Origin: Candidatus Bathyarchaeota archaeon
GTDB taxonomy: Archaea > Thermoproteota > Bathyarchaeia > Bathyarchaeales > Bathycorpusculaceae
Assembly: GCA_963828195.1 (NCBI GenBank)
Contig: CAWHDT010000003.1
Coordinates: forward strand, 352,001-416,000
Length of the DNA stretch: 64,000 bases
Direction: 5' to 3'
In this document: positions 31,046-41,272 of the stretch, one piece after another
How the letters are laid out: every line of letters begins with the position of its first letter
Numbering within the stretch: the stretch's first letter is position 1
Made by a program: the position numbers and the translations under genes
The notes under the pieces: generated by a model
Told to the model about the DNA's origin: nothing
Seen by the model: only the letters and a program-made list of their open reading frames with translations
Databases searched by the model: none

Positions 31046-31510
31046 CTATTGCGCCATTAATTCTTTATCCACGAACTCTCTGAAAGACGAATCAAACCAG
31101 GTTGGCACCGGTGAACTCTGCCATTGTTCTTTTATCATTCGCCATTGGAAAACATTTTTCATCATTTTAAACCAGCCTTCCCATTGGTAGTCTTTAAGTA
31201 ATTTTCTCTGCCTCATTTGGTAAACCTTGGAGGAAAAAGAAATTATTTTGTATGCTAGTATTGATTGCGAGATTGAAATTGGGGAGTTATCGTATATAGT
31301 TTGTATTGCTTCAGGATTTGAAATAATAATATCAAATAAACTTGCGTTTTCCTCGTCTAAGTACGTTTGGATTCTCATTTCTGAGTCCCTTTCAGATCTT
31401 CGCAGTTGTTGCCAAGAAAAATAAAACGTTACTGCCAAGCTTGTCAAACTTGCAATGATTGCAACTGTCTGCCAAAAGAGTAAGATACCCGTGTTAGCAA
31501 CAAGAAACAT
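31046..31510 (-). CDS. Membrane-anchored hypothetical protein
   Basis: N-terminal TM followed by helical domain ending W..F...FREFVD; AT-rich. Confidence 0.6.
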   Translation of the reverse strand: MFLVANTGILLFWQTVAIIASLTSLAVTFYFSWQQLRRSERDSEMRIQTYLDEENASLFDIIISNPEAIQTIYDNSPISISQSILAYKIISFSSKVYQMRQRKLLKDYQWEGWFKMMKNVFQWRMIKEQWQSSPVPTWFDSSFREFVDKELMAQ

Positions 31511-31743
31511 TGTATCACCTCCGTACTTGAAGAACAGAGGGATCTATAAATAAAAAAACGCGTTAAAGCTAAGCTCCGAAATCTTCAAGCGTTCTCCGCG
31601 GGCTCTCTTTTGTAAACATGGGTAGGTTATTTTTGTTGCTTTTGACTTGTGTAGTTTAGTTGGACTCTGCCCAGCTTCCTTAAACTAGCCTACTTGAGCC
31701 ATAAAGTTAGCAAGATATTTGGGCTTTCAAAGGTTCGCGAGGT

Positions 31744-32181
31744 CTAGGCTGGCTTTGGGTTGAGGATTTTTGTGCTGGTAACCTCTTTTGCGCTGTTGCA
31801 GAGTTTTTGGTCTGCGGTGTATAGTGTGCCGTTTATTTTTTCTGCGGCGGCAATGTAGAGGGCGTCGTATATGCTTACGTCGAGTTTTAATGCTATCTGC
31901 ACTGATTCGCCAGTTAGTTCACGGGCTGAGATGACGTTTAAGCCGTCGTATACTCTGGTGAGGTCTTCTATCGTGGAGTTTACCTCACCTAACTTTAGGT
32001 CCTTGAGCAACATGGCATGCTTCCAGATGACGTTTAAGCACTCGATTAAGGCAAGGTCAACTGTGTAGAGGGCAACCCCTTTTTTTAGGGAGGCGGCGAT
32101 GGTGCTTCGGGCTTCTTTTGAGCCGGGTTCGCTGATGATTAGTTTTGAGATGATGTTTGAATCGAGGATTAGGTTTGTCGT
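31744..32181 (-). CDS. vapC: VapC PIN-domain toxin; probable start codon reads ACG
   Basis: Frame open from 32181: (M)TNLILDSNII...DLALIECLNVIWK...SIYDALY...LYTADQKL; GGAGG 7 nt upstream. Confidence 0.8.
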   Translation of the reverse strand, partial: TTNLILDSNIISKLIISEPGSKEARSTIAASLKKGVALYTVDLALIECLNVIWKHAMLLKDLKLGEVNSTIEDLTRVYDGLNVISARELTGESVQIALKLDVSIYDALYIAAAEKINGTLYTADQKLCNSAKEVTSTKILNPKPA

Positions 32182-32390
32182 TCTCTGTCCTCCCGTATCA
32201 GGACTGTTGAGTCAAATTTTGTTTTTCTCTTGTCTGCCCGTTTCTCGATTTCTTCGAGGGTTTGGAGCATTTCAACCTGTTTAACTCTTGCTTCTATGAA
32301 GGTTCGGACTTCTCGGCTCCATTTCGCAGGCGTTTTATCCATTTTCTCTTTAAGTTCTTTGGGAATGCGAATTGTAATTGTTGTGGACAT
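32169..32390 (-). CDS. vapB: VapB ribbon-helix-helix antitoxin
   Basis: MSTTITIRIPKELKEKM...WSREVR...IREDRE; overlaps toxin start. Confidence 0.85.
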   Translation of the reverse strand: MSTTITIRIPKELKEKMDKTPAKWSREVRTFIEARVKQVEMLQTLEEIEKRADKRKTKFDSTVLIREDRERQT

Positions 32391-32477
32391 AGCCAACCCT
32401 ATTGATGAGGGCGGGAATAAGCTTAAAAGGGTTGTGTCACAAAAAGTGCACAAAATGTGATACTAAAAGTGCACTAT

Positions 32478-33056
32478 TTATCCTGAATCAAAGTCTCCCA
32501 GCGTTCGCTGGGGAGTTTCTTTGGTGAACAATGGGTATGTAATTTGATTTCCCTCTACATGCGCCATCTCGTTTAGCTGATGGTTGAGGCAGCTGGTTGC
32601 GCTTATGATATGCTGCACTTTAATGTGCCGTACCACCAGCGCATCGGAGATGAGGCTTCGGTGGCATCGCCAAGGCAGCGCTTCAGCGCACATCAGCGCT
32701 AGGCGGTTTTCCCGAGCAAGAGCGAGGATTTTTAGAAGGTTGTCGGTGAACTCTTTGGTCTGCATGTAATCTGCGTAGCCGCGAAAGCCCATGTTTTTCC
32801 ATGCCAAGTTTACGGAGTCATGTTTGGGATGGCGTAAGCCGCCGATTTCGGGCATGTGAATGTATTTTATGCCGTAGGGTTTAAGCGTGTTTGGCAAGGT
32901 TTCCTTGTTGAACTGGGGGTTATGTCTGCTACGGGGAACCGTGCGCACGTCCACAACTAAGTTGATACGGAAATTTTTTAGCAACCCAACGAATTCATCT
33001 ATGGTTCTGGTTGAGTGCCCGATTGTGAAGACAGTTAATTCATGTTCCTTAGCCAA
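32478..33056 (-). CDS. DUF488-family protein
   Basis: FTIGHSTR, DVRTVPRSR, GGLR and LMCAEALPWRCHR motifs. Confidence 0.9.
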   Translation of the reverse strand: MAKEHELTVFTIGHSTRTIDEFVGLLKNFRINLVVDVRTVPRSRHNPQFNKETLPNTLKPYGIKYIHMPEIGGLRHPKHDSVNLAWKNMGFRGYADYMQTKEFTDNLLKILALARENRLALMCAEALPWRCHRSLISDALVVRHIKVQHIISATSCLNHQLNEMAHVEGNQITYPLFTKETPQRTLGDFDSG

Positions 33057-33061
33057 AGAAG

Positions 33062-33727
33062 CTACCCTTCGACATTTTGAATTTTCTCAATCCTATCGTT
33101 TGAACCCCGAGTTCTTTTCTCCGCCGGAAATAACTCATAAACGTCTGGATTTACAAAAACCTCTGTCGTTACAGTTTGAACGCCCAAAGAAGCTAACACA
33201 TCGATTATTTCAATAGCTGACGCACTTGGAACAATTACGCAGCTATCGCTGATTTTAGTTCCTCCAGCCTTTGCTACTTCGCCTTTACCGCCCCTTGAAT
33301 AAAGAAAATATGAAGCCTTCATTTTGTCAGCGTAATCCAAGTTTCGCATGTCATATGTGATTAAGGTGAAAGGGTCCAAGGTGATGGGTGATAAATAAAC
33401 TTCGAGGGGCATTTTGGCAAATAGCACTTTTCCAGAACTGCGCAATTCATCTAAAAACACGGGGTTTGCTTCTTTTAGCTCATCAAGTGTTTCGGGAATG
33501 GCATGCAGGTTCATTTTTAGGTTCCCAACAACCTGGAAAAGTCTATCCCAACTTTCCCACATTACACGTTTATTTTCGAACAGAACCAGCAAGTCATAAT
33601 CGGAAAACTCATCATAGTCCCCTCTTGCTTGACTACCAAATAGGACAATGCCTACGACACCCTGAATCGTTGAGACTAAATTGACGAAGTCATTTAAGAT
33701 TAACTTTTGCTGCTCTTTCAATTTCAT
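33062..33727 (-). CDS. Minimal nucleotidyltransferase (MNT) with extra C-terminal domain
   Basis: LFGSQARG..SDYDLLV; about 90 extra C-terminal residues. Confidence 0.85.
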   Translation of the reverse strand: MKLKEQQKLILNDFVNLVSTIQGVVGIVLFGSQARGDYDEFSDYDLLVLFENKRVMWESWDRLFQVVGNLKMNLHAIPETLDELKEANPVFLDELRSSGKVLFAKMPLEVYLSPITLDPFTLITYDMRNLDYADKMKASYFLYSRGGKGEVAKAGGTKISDSCVIVPSASAIEIIDVLASLGVQTVTTEVFVNPDVYELFPAEKRTRGSNDRIEKIQNVEG

Positions 33728-34061
33728 CAAAAACACGCTCCATTGCAGCGATAGCCCTCTCGGCTCTTTCCCCATTTAAGCCCTCGTAACCCAGAGCACC
33801 ATAGGCTCCCCATAACTCGTCCAAATCTTTCGATACTGAGGGAAGTTTTTCTTTTATCCAAATGATTCGGTTCCTATGTGCGCTTCTTGGCGTCGTATGG
33901 AAGTGCTTTCCCTCCGAAGCAGCTAGAACCTCTATCGCCTGTTCAACAGCCTTAATGGCTAAATCGCCTACTACGCTGTTTCTTTTTTTCGCATATTCGT
34001 CCAACGCTGCTAACCTTTTTTCTTGGGCAGCCTTGAGGTGGAATTTCAGATCATCGGACAT
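33690..34061 (-). CDS. HEPN-domain protein (partner of MNT)
   Basis: All-helical, KAVEQAIE..., H/R-rich loop HFHTTPRSAH, late LGY motif; overlaps MNT start. Confidence 0.7.
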   Translation of the reverse strand: MSDDLKFHLKAAQEKRLAALDEYAKKRNSVVGDLAIKAVEQAIEVLAASEGKHFHTTPRSAHRNRIIWIKEKLPSVSKDLDELWGAYGALGYEGLNGERAERAIAAMERVFDEIERAAKVNLK

Positions 34062-34114
34062 GTCGTTTCTCTGCTTTCCTGTGATATGTAATGTTTTTAT
34101 TACATATAAGACTT

Positions 34115-35026
34115 TCAACTATACCCTGATGTATTTCTTGATGTTTCCAGCTGGCACAGCATTTCGCATATTACTTTTGCAGCTGCAATCGCCGATATGC
34201 CTTGATCATAAATCGGCACAACCTCCACGACGTCAAAACCGAGCACGCGGTTGTCGCATAGGGAGCAAGCGAGGTCTATCAGCTGGGATGTGGTGATTCC
34301 TTCAGGCTCAGGGTTCTGGACCGCCGGGGCAAAGGCTGGGTCAAGAACATCCATGTCCACCGTCAAATACAGGTTATCGTATGGCAGGAGCTTCTCTTTG
34401 AGCTGTTCCCCGATGAGCAGCGACCCCTGCTTAAGGATTTCCTGCGAAGTGAAAAATTCCACGCCTGCCTTCTTCGCGTACGCAAGCTCCTCCTTGGAGG
34501 CACCGCGCGTGCCAACCTCAACTATCTTCGCGGGCTTCACTTGCTCGCTTATCAGCTGCATAAAGGTGGTGTGGGAAAGCGTTGAACCAAGAAATTCGCA
34601 GCGCAAATCCAAATGCGCATCAAAACTCACAACCGCGGTTTTAGCCGCCCTGTCGCCTAAACCCTTCGCAGCTCCAAGCGTAACTGTGTGTTCCCCGCCT
34701 AAAGCCACAGGCACCTTGCCCGCAGCCAAAATTTCGTCTACGACAAGACGGGTCATGTCAACGGTTTTCTCGGCTTCCAAAGACACATCCAGGTCGCCCG
34801 CATCATGCAAAGCTAAATCTTCCACATCGACGCCGCTGCGGAAACTGTACGTTTCAAGGTTCAAAGAAGCCTGCCTAATCGCTTGGGGAGCAAACCTTGC
34901 GCCGTTGCGATAAGTGCTGGTTGCATCAAACGGTACCCCGAAAACCACGTATTTCGCCTGCTCAAAAGGTTTCTGGACGCCGCTGAAAACGTTCGTTTGA
35001 GACGTGAACAATTCAAGATAACTCAT
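34115..35026 (-). CDS. speB: Agmatinase
   Basis: GGEH, DAHLD and DMDVLDPAFAP ureohydrolase motifs. Confidence 0.93.
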   Translation of the reverse strand: MSYLELFTSQTNVFSGVQKPFEQAKYVVFGVPFDATSTYRNGARFAPQAIRQASLNLETYSFRSGVDVEDLALHDAGDLDVSLEAEKTVDMTRLVVDEILAAGKVPVALGGEHTVTLGAAKGLGDRAAKTAVVSFDAHLDLRCEFLGSTLSHTTFMQLISEQVKPAKIVEVGTRGASKEELAYAKKAGVEFFTSQEILKQGSLLIGEQLKEKLLPYDNLYLTVDMDVLDPAFAPAVQNPEPEGITTSQLIDLACSLCDNRVLGFDVVEVVPIYDQGISAIAAAKVICEMLCQLETSRNTSGYS

Positions 35027-35268
35027 CGTAAATTCAATCCTCTTCCAATTTGTACTCGCCTAAGCCTACTCTAAACTCTTTCGCTCAGCGTAAACGGGCA
35101 TTTATCTGTGGCGAACCGCAGCGTTGATTGGCGCCTTTTTAGTTAAGTCTGCAGTTGAATGCCCGCATAAACCCACTTTTTATGCACAGCGCTCCTAATG
35201 ATGCGGTTTCTGCGTATTTACAAAATACTTAATAGCTTGCGAAGCCGTTTTTCATCACTAAAAAGTCG

Positions 35269-36751
35269 GTGAACCCAACTGTGAAGGCTCGCATTGCACT
35301 TGTAAATCCACCCTATCCGGCTGATGCGCCGCAAGCAATCTTCATTCCGCTTGGCATAAGCTATTTGTCTGCGGTGCTTGAGGAAAAAGGGTACGAAGTC
35401 AACGTGGTGGATTGCCAATTTTCCCGACCCAGCCAAAAAGAGTTGGAGGACAAGTTCAAAAGCTTAAGCCCCGATATCGTCGGCGTCACATCCGCGACGT
35501 TAACTTATTTGCCCGCAGTGGAAATTTTGAAAGCCGCCAAATCCGCACTTCCGAACTGCGTAACCCTTATGGGCGGTTCACACGTCACCGTCATGGATGA
35601 GCAAACCCTCACTGGAAACCCTTCGGCGGACATCGTTGTGCGGGGCGAGGGCGAGCAAACTATGCTTGAGCTTGCAGGTTTAGTATCAGGCGGCGACCTG
35701 AAAAAACTAAGCGAAGTTGCAGGCGTAACCTTTAGAAAGAACGGGCAGATTTTCCGAACACCAGACAGGCAGTTTATGCAAGATATTGATTCTCTCCCAT
35801 ATCCAGCTCACAAACATTTTGACGTTGGCAGGTACAAGGTTTTTGGGAAAGTCTACATGCCGATCATAACTAGCAGAGGCTGCCCCAGTCAATGTGCTTT
35901 CTGTTTGGCTTCTAAAATGTGCGGAAAAGCTTTCAGGGCAAGAAGCCCAAGCAAAGTTGTCGACGAGCTCGAAGTGGCTAAGAGACACCTTCGGGGCTGA
36001 AGCCTTCGCCTTCTACGACGACACATTCACTTTCGACGTGAAACGGGCAATTGCAATCTGCGACGAAATGAAGAAAAGAAAAATTGAGCTCCCGTGGGAT
36101 TGTCGAACAAGAGTGGACAGAGTATCTAAAGAACTTTTAAGTAAACTGAAGAGCACAAACTGCCAGCTTATCCACTTCGGCGTCGAATCAGGCAGCCAAC
36201 AAATCTTAAACACCATGCATAAAGGCACAACAGTCGAGCAAAATGCCCAAGCCATAAAATGGACCAAAGACGCAGGAATATCCGTAGCCATATCCCTAAT
36301 TATCGGCTACCCAGGCGAAACCCCTGAAATGCTACAGCAAACCGTAGATTTTATCCACAGAACCAAGCCTGATTACGTTTACATGTGCGAGGCAGTTCCT
36401 TACCCCGGCACAGAACTCTTCGACCGAGTCAAAGCGCTAGACCTGGAAATGTCCACGAACTGGACCCTTTACCACGAGGACATGCAGGTTTTCAAAAACG
36501 CCCTTTTGCCACTTGAAAAGCTGGAGGCGACCAAAAAAGCAGTCTACGACAGCCTCTTTACCCCAACATATTATCTGCAGAAGAGAATCAAAGGCGACTT
36601 TCATAGCAAGATTATGGCTCGGATGGCGCTGAATCATCTTGTGTGGAAATACAGATTTTCAAAATGGGCTTTTAGGCAACTGAGCAAAGTTAGACAACCC
36701 AAAAAGAGCCCAGGCGGACACAGCACGCCAAGCAAAGATCAGCAAGAATAA
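35269..36751 (+). pseudogene. B12-binding radical SAM protein split by a +1 frameshift near 35974
   Basis: B12-binding domain and SRGCPSQCAFC in the first ORF; removing one base gives VVDELEWLRDTF...YDDTF continuing into 35894-36751. Confidence 0.85.
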
Positions 36752-36902
36752 ACTAAACTAAAGTGAGAACTGGGTTTATGCGACATTTTTTTCTGACTGG
36801 TTAACATCAGGACTGCTGGATTCGGTGTTAATCGTGAGAAATTTAATGCAGCCAATTAAGGCTAAGGCACTTGCAGATTTGAGGGGTATTTGTGAAAGGA
36901 TT

Positions 36903-36946
36903 TGGAAATGTCCATGAACTGGACCCTTTACCACGAGGACATGCAG
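36903..36946 (+). repeat. 44-bp direct copy of radical SAM coding segment 36444-36487
   Basis: TGGAAATGTCCA(C/T)GAACTGGACCCTTTACCACGAGGACATGCAG, one mismatch. Confidence 0.9.
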
Positions 36947-37037
36947 TTGAACCAGACAAAGTGAATTAAATTATAACCAAGGTAGCGCTCGGACACTTGC
37001 GAAAGACGTATAAGATAATTGCCTCAGAATAAACTTT

Positions 37038-38633
37038 ATGAAGAATCTGAATAAACTTTCTTCAATCTTACTTTTATTAACTCTAGTTCTTGCTTTTTCA
37101 GCGGCTAATGCTGTTCACGCCTTAGGGGGAGTCAACAGTATAGTACAGGTGGGGAGTGAACCGGAAGGTTTAGCGTATGATTCTGCCAAAGGCGAGGTAT
37201 TTGTGGCAAATGCTGCTTCCAGCTCGGTCTCGGTCATTTCTGACGGCAACAATAGCGTGGTTGCAACCATAAACCTCCCGACATCTGCAGGTCCAATCGT
37301 TTATGATTCTGGCAAAGGCGAAATATTCGCTGGCGGCTACGCAACCCCGAGTGCAGTCTATGTGATATCAGATGCCAATAATAGTGTGGTTGCAACGGTG
37401 CCTTTAGAAGCCGCCCCCATGGCTATAACTTACGATTCGGGCAAAGGCGAAATATTCTTAGCTAATTTTGGTAACAGTTCGGTCTCAGTCATCTCAGATA
37501 GCAATGACACTGTGATCGCAACGATCCCAGTTGGATATGACCCATCTGGCATAACTTATGATCCTAATACGGGCGAAATCTACGTAACTGACCTCGTTTT
37601 GACCAATAACACTACACATGTTCCTAATTCGGTTTCAATCATATCGGACAGCACAAACACCGTGGTTTCAAACGTGTATGCCGGATTTGGCGACGGCGGC
37701 GTAGTTTACGACTCCGGAAAGGGCGAGATATTCGCAGCCAGTTCTCAAAACGCATCTGTCGAAGTCATATCTGAAAACGATAATGCGGTAGTTGCCAATA
37801 TAACCCTTGACTCCAACCCATTTTACTTAGGATATGATTCGGGTCAGGGCGAAATATTCGTATGCGGCGCCGTCTCCTCCAACGTCGTCTATATAATATC
37901 TGACGTCAATAACTCACTAGTTTCAACTATAACCATGGAAAGCCCATCGGATTTTGCATATGATTCCGTCAAGTGCGAAATGTTCGTAAGCAATTGGTAC
38001 GAAAGCTCAGTTTCGGTAATTTCAGATTCATCTACCCTGCCTCCGCCCTCAACCCCAGCCCCGTCGCCGACCCCGGGGTTAATTCCGACGCCAATCACGA
38101 CACTGCCCCCTCCAATCGTTAACGCTTCTACAACTTCAACCATCCAAGCAACAACCCGCAATGGCTCAACAGTCAACCTAACAATTAACGGAAACATCAA
38201 CAGTTCACAGATGTCCAACATTACCATAGCAACAAATCAAACAGCTGCCACAACCACTTTATCCTTCACTTTGACCGGGCAAAGCGGCACTACAGGCTTT
38301 AGCACTATAACCATCCCAAAAAGCGACGTGCCCTGTGGAACCACACCGGCAATCTACATCGACGGCCAACTTGCTCCAGACCAAAGCTACTCCCAAGATG
38401 CAAACAACTATTACATATTTTACTCAACCCACTTTAGCACACACCAAATATCCATTGTCTTTGCCACACCGCCTTCGATTGTCCCTACTACGCCGCCCGA
38501 CTGGGGATCAACGGCACAAACCAGCCTAATTCAAGTAGCTTACGGAGTGGCGGCTGCAGCAGCCATAGTGGTGATAATTATAGTTGTTCTAAAATTAACA
38601 ATAAATGGTAAGCCACGCAAAACCTCAGCTTGA
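37038..38633 (+). CDS. YVTN/YncE beta-propeller surface protein
   Basis: Signal peptide, about seven YDSGKGEIF...VSVISD repeats, Pro linker, C-terminal TM. Confidence 0.88.
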   Translation: MKNLNKLSSILLLLTLVLAFSAANAVHALGGVNSIVQVGSEPEGLAYDSAKGEVFVANAASSSVSVISDGNNSVVATINLPTSAGPIVYDSGKGEIFAGGYATPSAVYVISDANNSVVATVPLEAAPMAITYDSGKGEIFLANFGNSSVSVISDSNDTVIATIPVGYDPSGITYDPNTGEIYVTDLVLTNNTTHVPNSVSIISDSTNTVVSNVYAGFGDGGVVYDSGKGEIFAASSQNASVEVISENDNAVVANITLDSNPFYLGYDSGQGEIFVCGAVSSNVVYIISDVNNSLVSTITMESPSDFAYDSVKCEMFVSNWYESSVSVISDSSTLPPPSTPAPSPTPGLIPTPITTLPPPIVNASTTSTIQATTRNGSTVNLTINGNINSSQMSNITIATNQTAATTTLSFTLTGQSGTTGFSTITIPKSDVPCGTTPAIYIDGQLAPDQSYSQDANNYYIFYSTHFSTHQISIVFATPPSIVPTTPPDWGSTAQTSLIQVAYGVAAAAAIVVIIIVVLKLTINGKPRKTSA

Positions 38634-38746
38634 AAAACAAATCAAATCAACAGCCCCAAGTTCCAATTTTTCAACTTTAATGTGCAAAGCTGAAATAAGT
38701 GTGCGCCAAATTATTGTGTAGAAAGCTGTTTCTAGAAGGTTAGATT

Positions 38747-39476
38747 TTGGGAAAAAATATAGGCGACGATTTTCAAACAGGGACAAAGTATGCTCGTAGC
38801 AAAGGTCTCGGGGGCAACTTGGACTGGGCAAACAAGCCGGAAACCTACAAGAGCTACCCCTCTAGGCAGAACTGTTCAGCTGCCAACCCAGATGCAAGAA
38901 CCAGCAGTCAGCTTTTCTGAGGTTCTAAAAAGACGCAAAAGCATCCGAGCCTTCTCCGCCCAGCCGTTGAGCAAGGCAGACTTAGGTTTTCTTCTTTGGG
39001 CATCCACAGGCATCCAGCGAGTGGAGCACGGCTACGAGTTCCGTACCGCCCCATCCGCTGGCGCATTATACCCCATCGAAACGTACGTGGCTACAAACAA
39101 CGTTCAAGACGTGGAGTGCGGCATTTACCACTACAACATAAAAAAACATTTGCTAGAAGAAATAAAAACTGGAAATTTCGGCGACGCCTTAGCTCACGCA
39201 GCCCTGGACCAGAAAATGTGTGCGACCGCATCCGCTGCCTTCGTCTGGACAGCTATTTTTAGTAGGTCCAAGTGGAAGTACAAGCAGAGAGCCTACAGAT
39301 ACATCTATTTGGATGCGGGACATGTAGCGGAGAATCTGGCGCTGTCGGCGGCAAGCATCAATTGTGGATCCTGCCAAGTTGGAGCTTTCTTCGACGACGA
39401 AATTAACGCGATGGTGGATATAGACGGAACAGATGAAAGCGCCATTTGCCTTAGCGTAGTTGGCCATCCGAAATAA
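38747..39476 (+). pseudogene. SagB/ThcOx-family nitroreductase with a frameshift near 38857
   Basis: TTG at 38747 reads MGKNIGDDFQTGTKYAR...LDWANKPETYKSYP, then shifts into the RRKSIR...RTAPSAGALYPIE frame. Confidence 0.8.
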
Positions 39477-39710
39477 CCTCAAACGGCTAACTAATGCATC
39501 TTAAGCAAGGCGTAAAGGCGGGTTCTAAGGAGGCAACGGCGCTGCAGAAATTGGTTCAAGGCTAAGGCGAAAAAATGTCATATCGATTAAAAGAAATTAA
39601 TAACAGAATGGAAGAAAAAGTAAATTTGATACTTTTTTTTGGTTCCCATCGATGGAACTTTGGGGGAAATGGTTAAATATTTACTTCATAAAAGTTAGAT
39701 TTGATGTGGT

Positions 39711-40517
39711 ATGGACTTTTTGAATCAGACTGTAACTTTCAAGTGTTCTGACGGTGTCGAAATGGCAACTTATATTGCCGCTCCTAAATCGGAAGGCAAA
39801 CATCCAGCAATCCTCGTTATCCACGAAGCATGGGGTCTCAACGGGCAGATAAAAGGCGTCGCGAACAGATTTGCCCAACAAGGCTTCGTCAGCATAGCTC
39901 CCCATCTTTTCAGTCGAGAAAAAGATCTAACCGAACAAGCCATCGAAAAAGCTATGACGCGGATGTGGCAAATTCCCCCGGAAAAACGCAGCGACCCAGC
40001 GGCAATACAAAGCCTAATGGAGAGTCTTCCAGAAAACGAACGAAAAATAATGACTTTTTTCTTCACAGGACGAGAAAACGCAGAAAAAACAATGGCGCAG
40101 GACCTTCTCTGCTGCATAAACTATGCCAAAAACTTAGAATCAGTGAACGGGGAGAGACTTGGAATCACTGGTTTTTGTTTAGGCGGCGGGCTAACTTATC
40201 AGCTTGCAACCCAATACCCCTTCGACGCGGCTGTTCCTTTTTACGGCGCAAATCCCCAGCCGCTTGAATCAGTCGCCAAAATCGAATGCCCAGTATTTGG
40301 GATTTACGCAGGCGAAGATCTAAGAATAACCAGCGGAGTTCCAGCTTTAGTGGAGAGTATGATTGGGCACAAGAAAACATTTCAAATGAAAATCTATCAA
40401 GCCACTCAACACGCATTCTTCAACGAAACAAGACCGTCATACAACAAAGAAGCTGCGGAAGACGCGTGGAACATGACTTTAGCTTTCTTCAATAAGTACC
40501 TCAAGGCGACCCGATGA
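39711..40517 (+). CDS. Dienelactone hydrolase family protein
   Basis: HEAWGLN, GFCLGG nucleophile, HAFFN. Confidence 0.92.
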   Translation: MDFLNQTVTFKCSDGVEMATYIAAPKSEGKHPAILVIHEAWGLNGQIKGVANRFAQQGFVSIAPHLFSREKDLTEQAIEKAMTRMWQIPPEKRSDPAAIQSLMESLPENERKIMTFFFTGRENAEKTMAQDLLCCINYAKNLESVNGERLGITGFCLGGGLTYQLATQYPFDAAVPFYGANPQPLESVAKIECPVFGIYAGEDLRITSGVPALVESMIGHKKTFQMKIYQATQHAFFNETRPSYNKEAAEDAWNMTLAFFNKYLKATR

Positions 40518-40708
40518 GCAAAAGCCAAAGCCAAAACGGCTCAAGTCTACTCTGGGACTGCTTCACTAACTGGTCGTTGACACTGGAAAAAACCGCAGAA
40601 CGAAAAAAACCCGAAGAAAATGGCGAAAAAAGAAGGGTTTTGACTCCTAATGCTTCGGGAAAATAGGAAACTTATGTTACCTGAAAAACTAATGTTCTTT
40701 GAGGTGCC

Positions 40709-40988
40709 ATGAAAGATAAAGCCGCTAAAACAAAAAACCAAAGATAGCTTAGCAGTCATAGGCGTTTTAGCTCTAGAATCGCTTTTTATTTTTGGCGCAA
40801 TAAGCAATTTTTACAGGTACCTATTCCTAAAAATATCTCTCGATATATTCCTCGCTGTCCCCTCAACTATTGGATCTGCAATTTTACTCATATTTATAAT
40901 AGCGATTCTCATAAGCTATCTCGATAAACGGAAAGTCTTAAAGGAGATTTCAAAAATAAACTCCCGCAGCCGCCTAAATCAAAAATAG
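40709..40988 (+). pseudogene. Small two-TM membrane protein with a frameshift just after the start codon
   Basis: GAGGTG SD before ATG 40709; deleting one A gives MKIKPLKQKTKDSLAVIGVLALES...ILISYLDKRK. Confidence 0.45.
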
Positions 40989-41153
40989 TAGTCGCAAAAA
41001 AACTCCAAGGTTCTTTTTCGAAAAAACGTGTTTATTTTTTGATTCATATTTTTGATCCATAAGCCTTATTTTCATCCAACAACGAATTATTGAAGAACTG
41101 AAAGCTTTCAGCGCTGAATCAGCGGTATCGAAAAAATTAGCTGTGACGTTAAA

Positions 41154-41270
41154 ATGAAAGATGACAAAATTGTTGAAAAATGCAGAGTTTGCGCGAAACG
41201 CAGCACGTGTGATTTGGAAGATTGCGATTTTGAGGAATTCCCTTCCGCTTTCTACCGGGATTCTGATTAA
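41154..41270 (+). CDS. 38-aa four-Cys mini-protein
   Basis: MKDDKIVEKCRVCAKRSTCDLEDCDFEEFPSAFYRDSD. Confidence 0.5.
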   Translation: MKDDKIVEKCRVCAKRSTCDLEDCDFEEFPSAFYRDSD

Positions 41271-41272
41271 AA

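Noticed and set aside
34251-34913. Long antisense ORFs (e.g. 34251-34913, 11924-12403, 43134-43694)
   Set aside because: They lie opposite well-supported genes and have no recognisable motifs.
39642-39658. GTTCC...GGAAC palindrome, with a similar TTCC...GGAA near 41654
   Set aside because: Spacing differs between the sites and there are too few copies to define a regulon.
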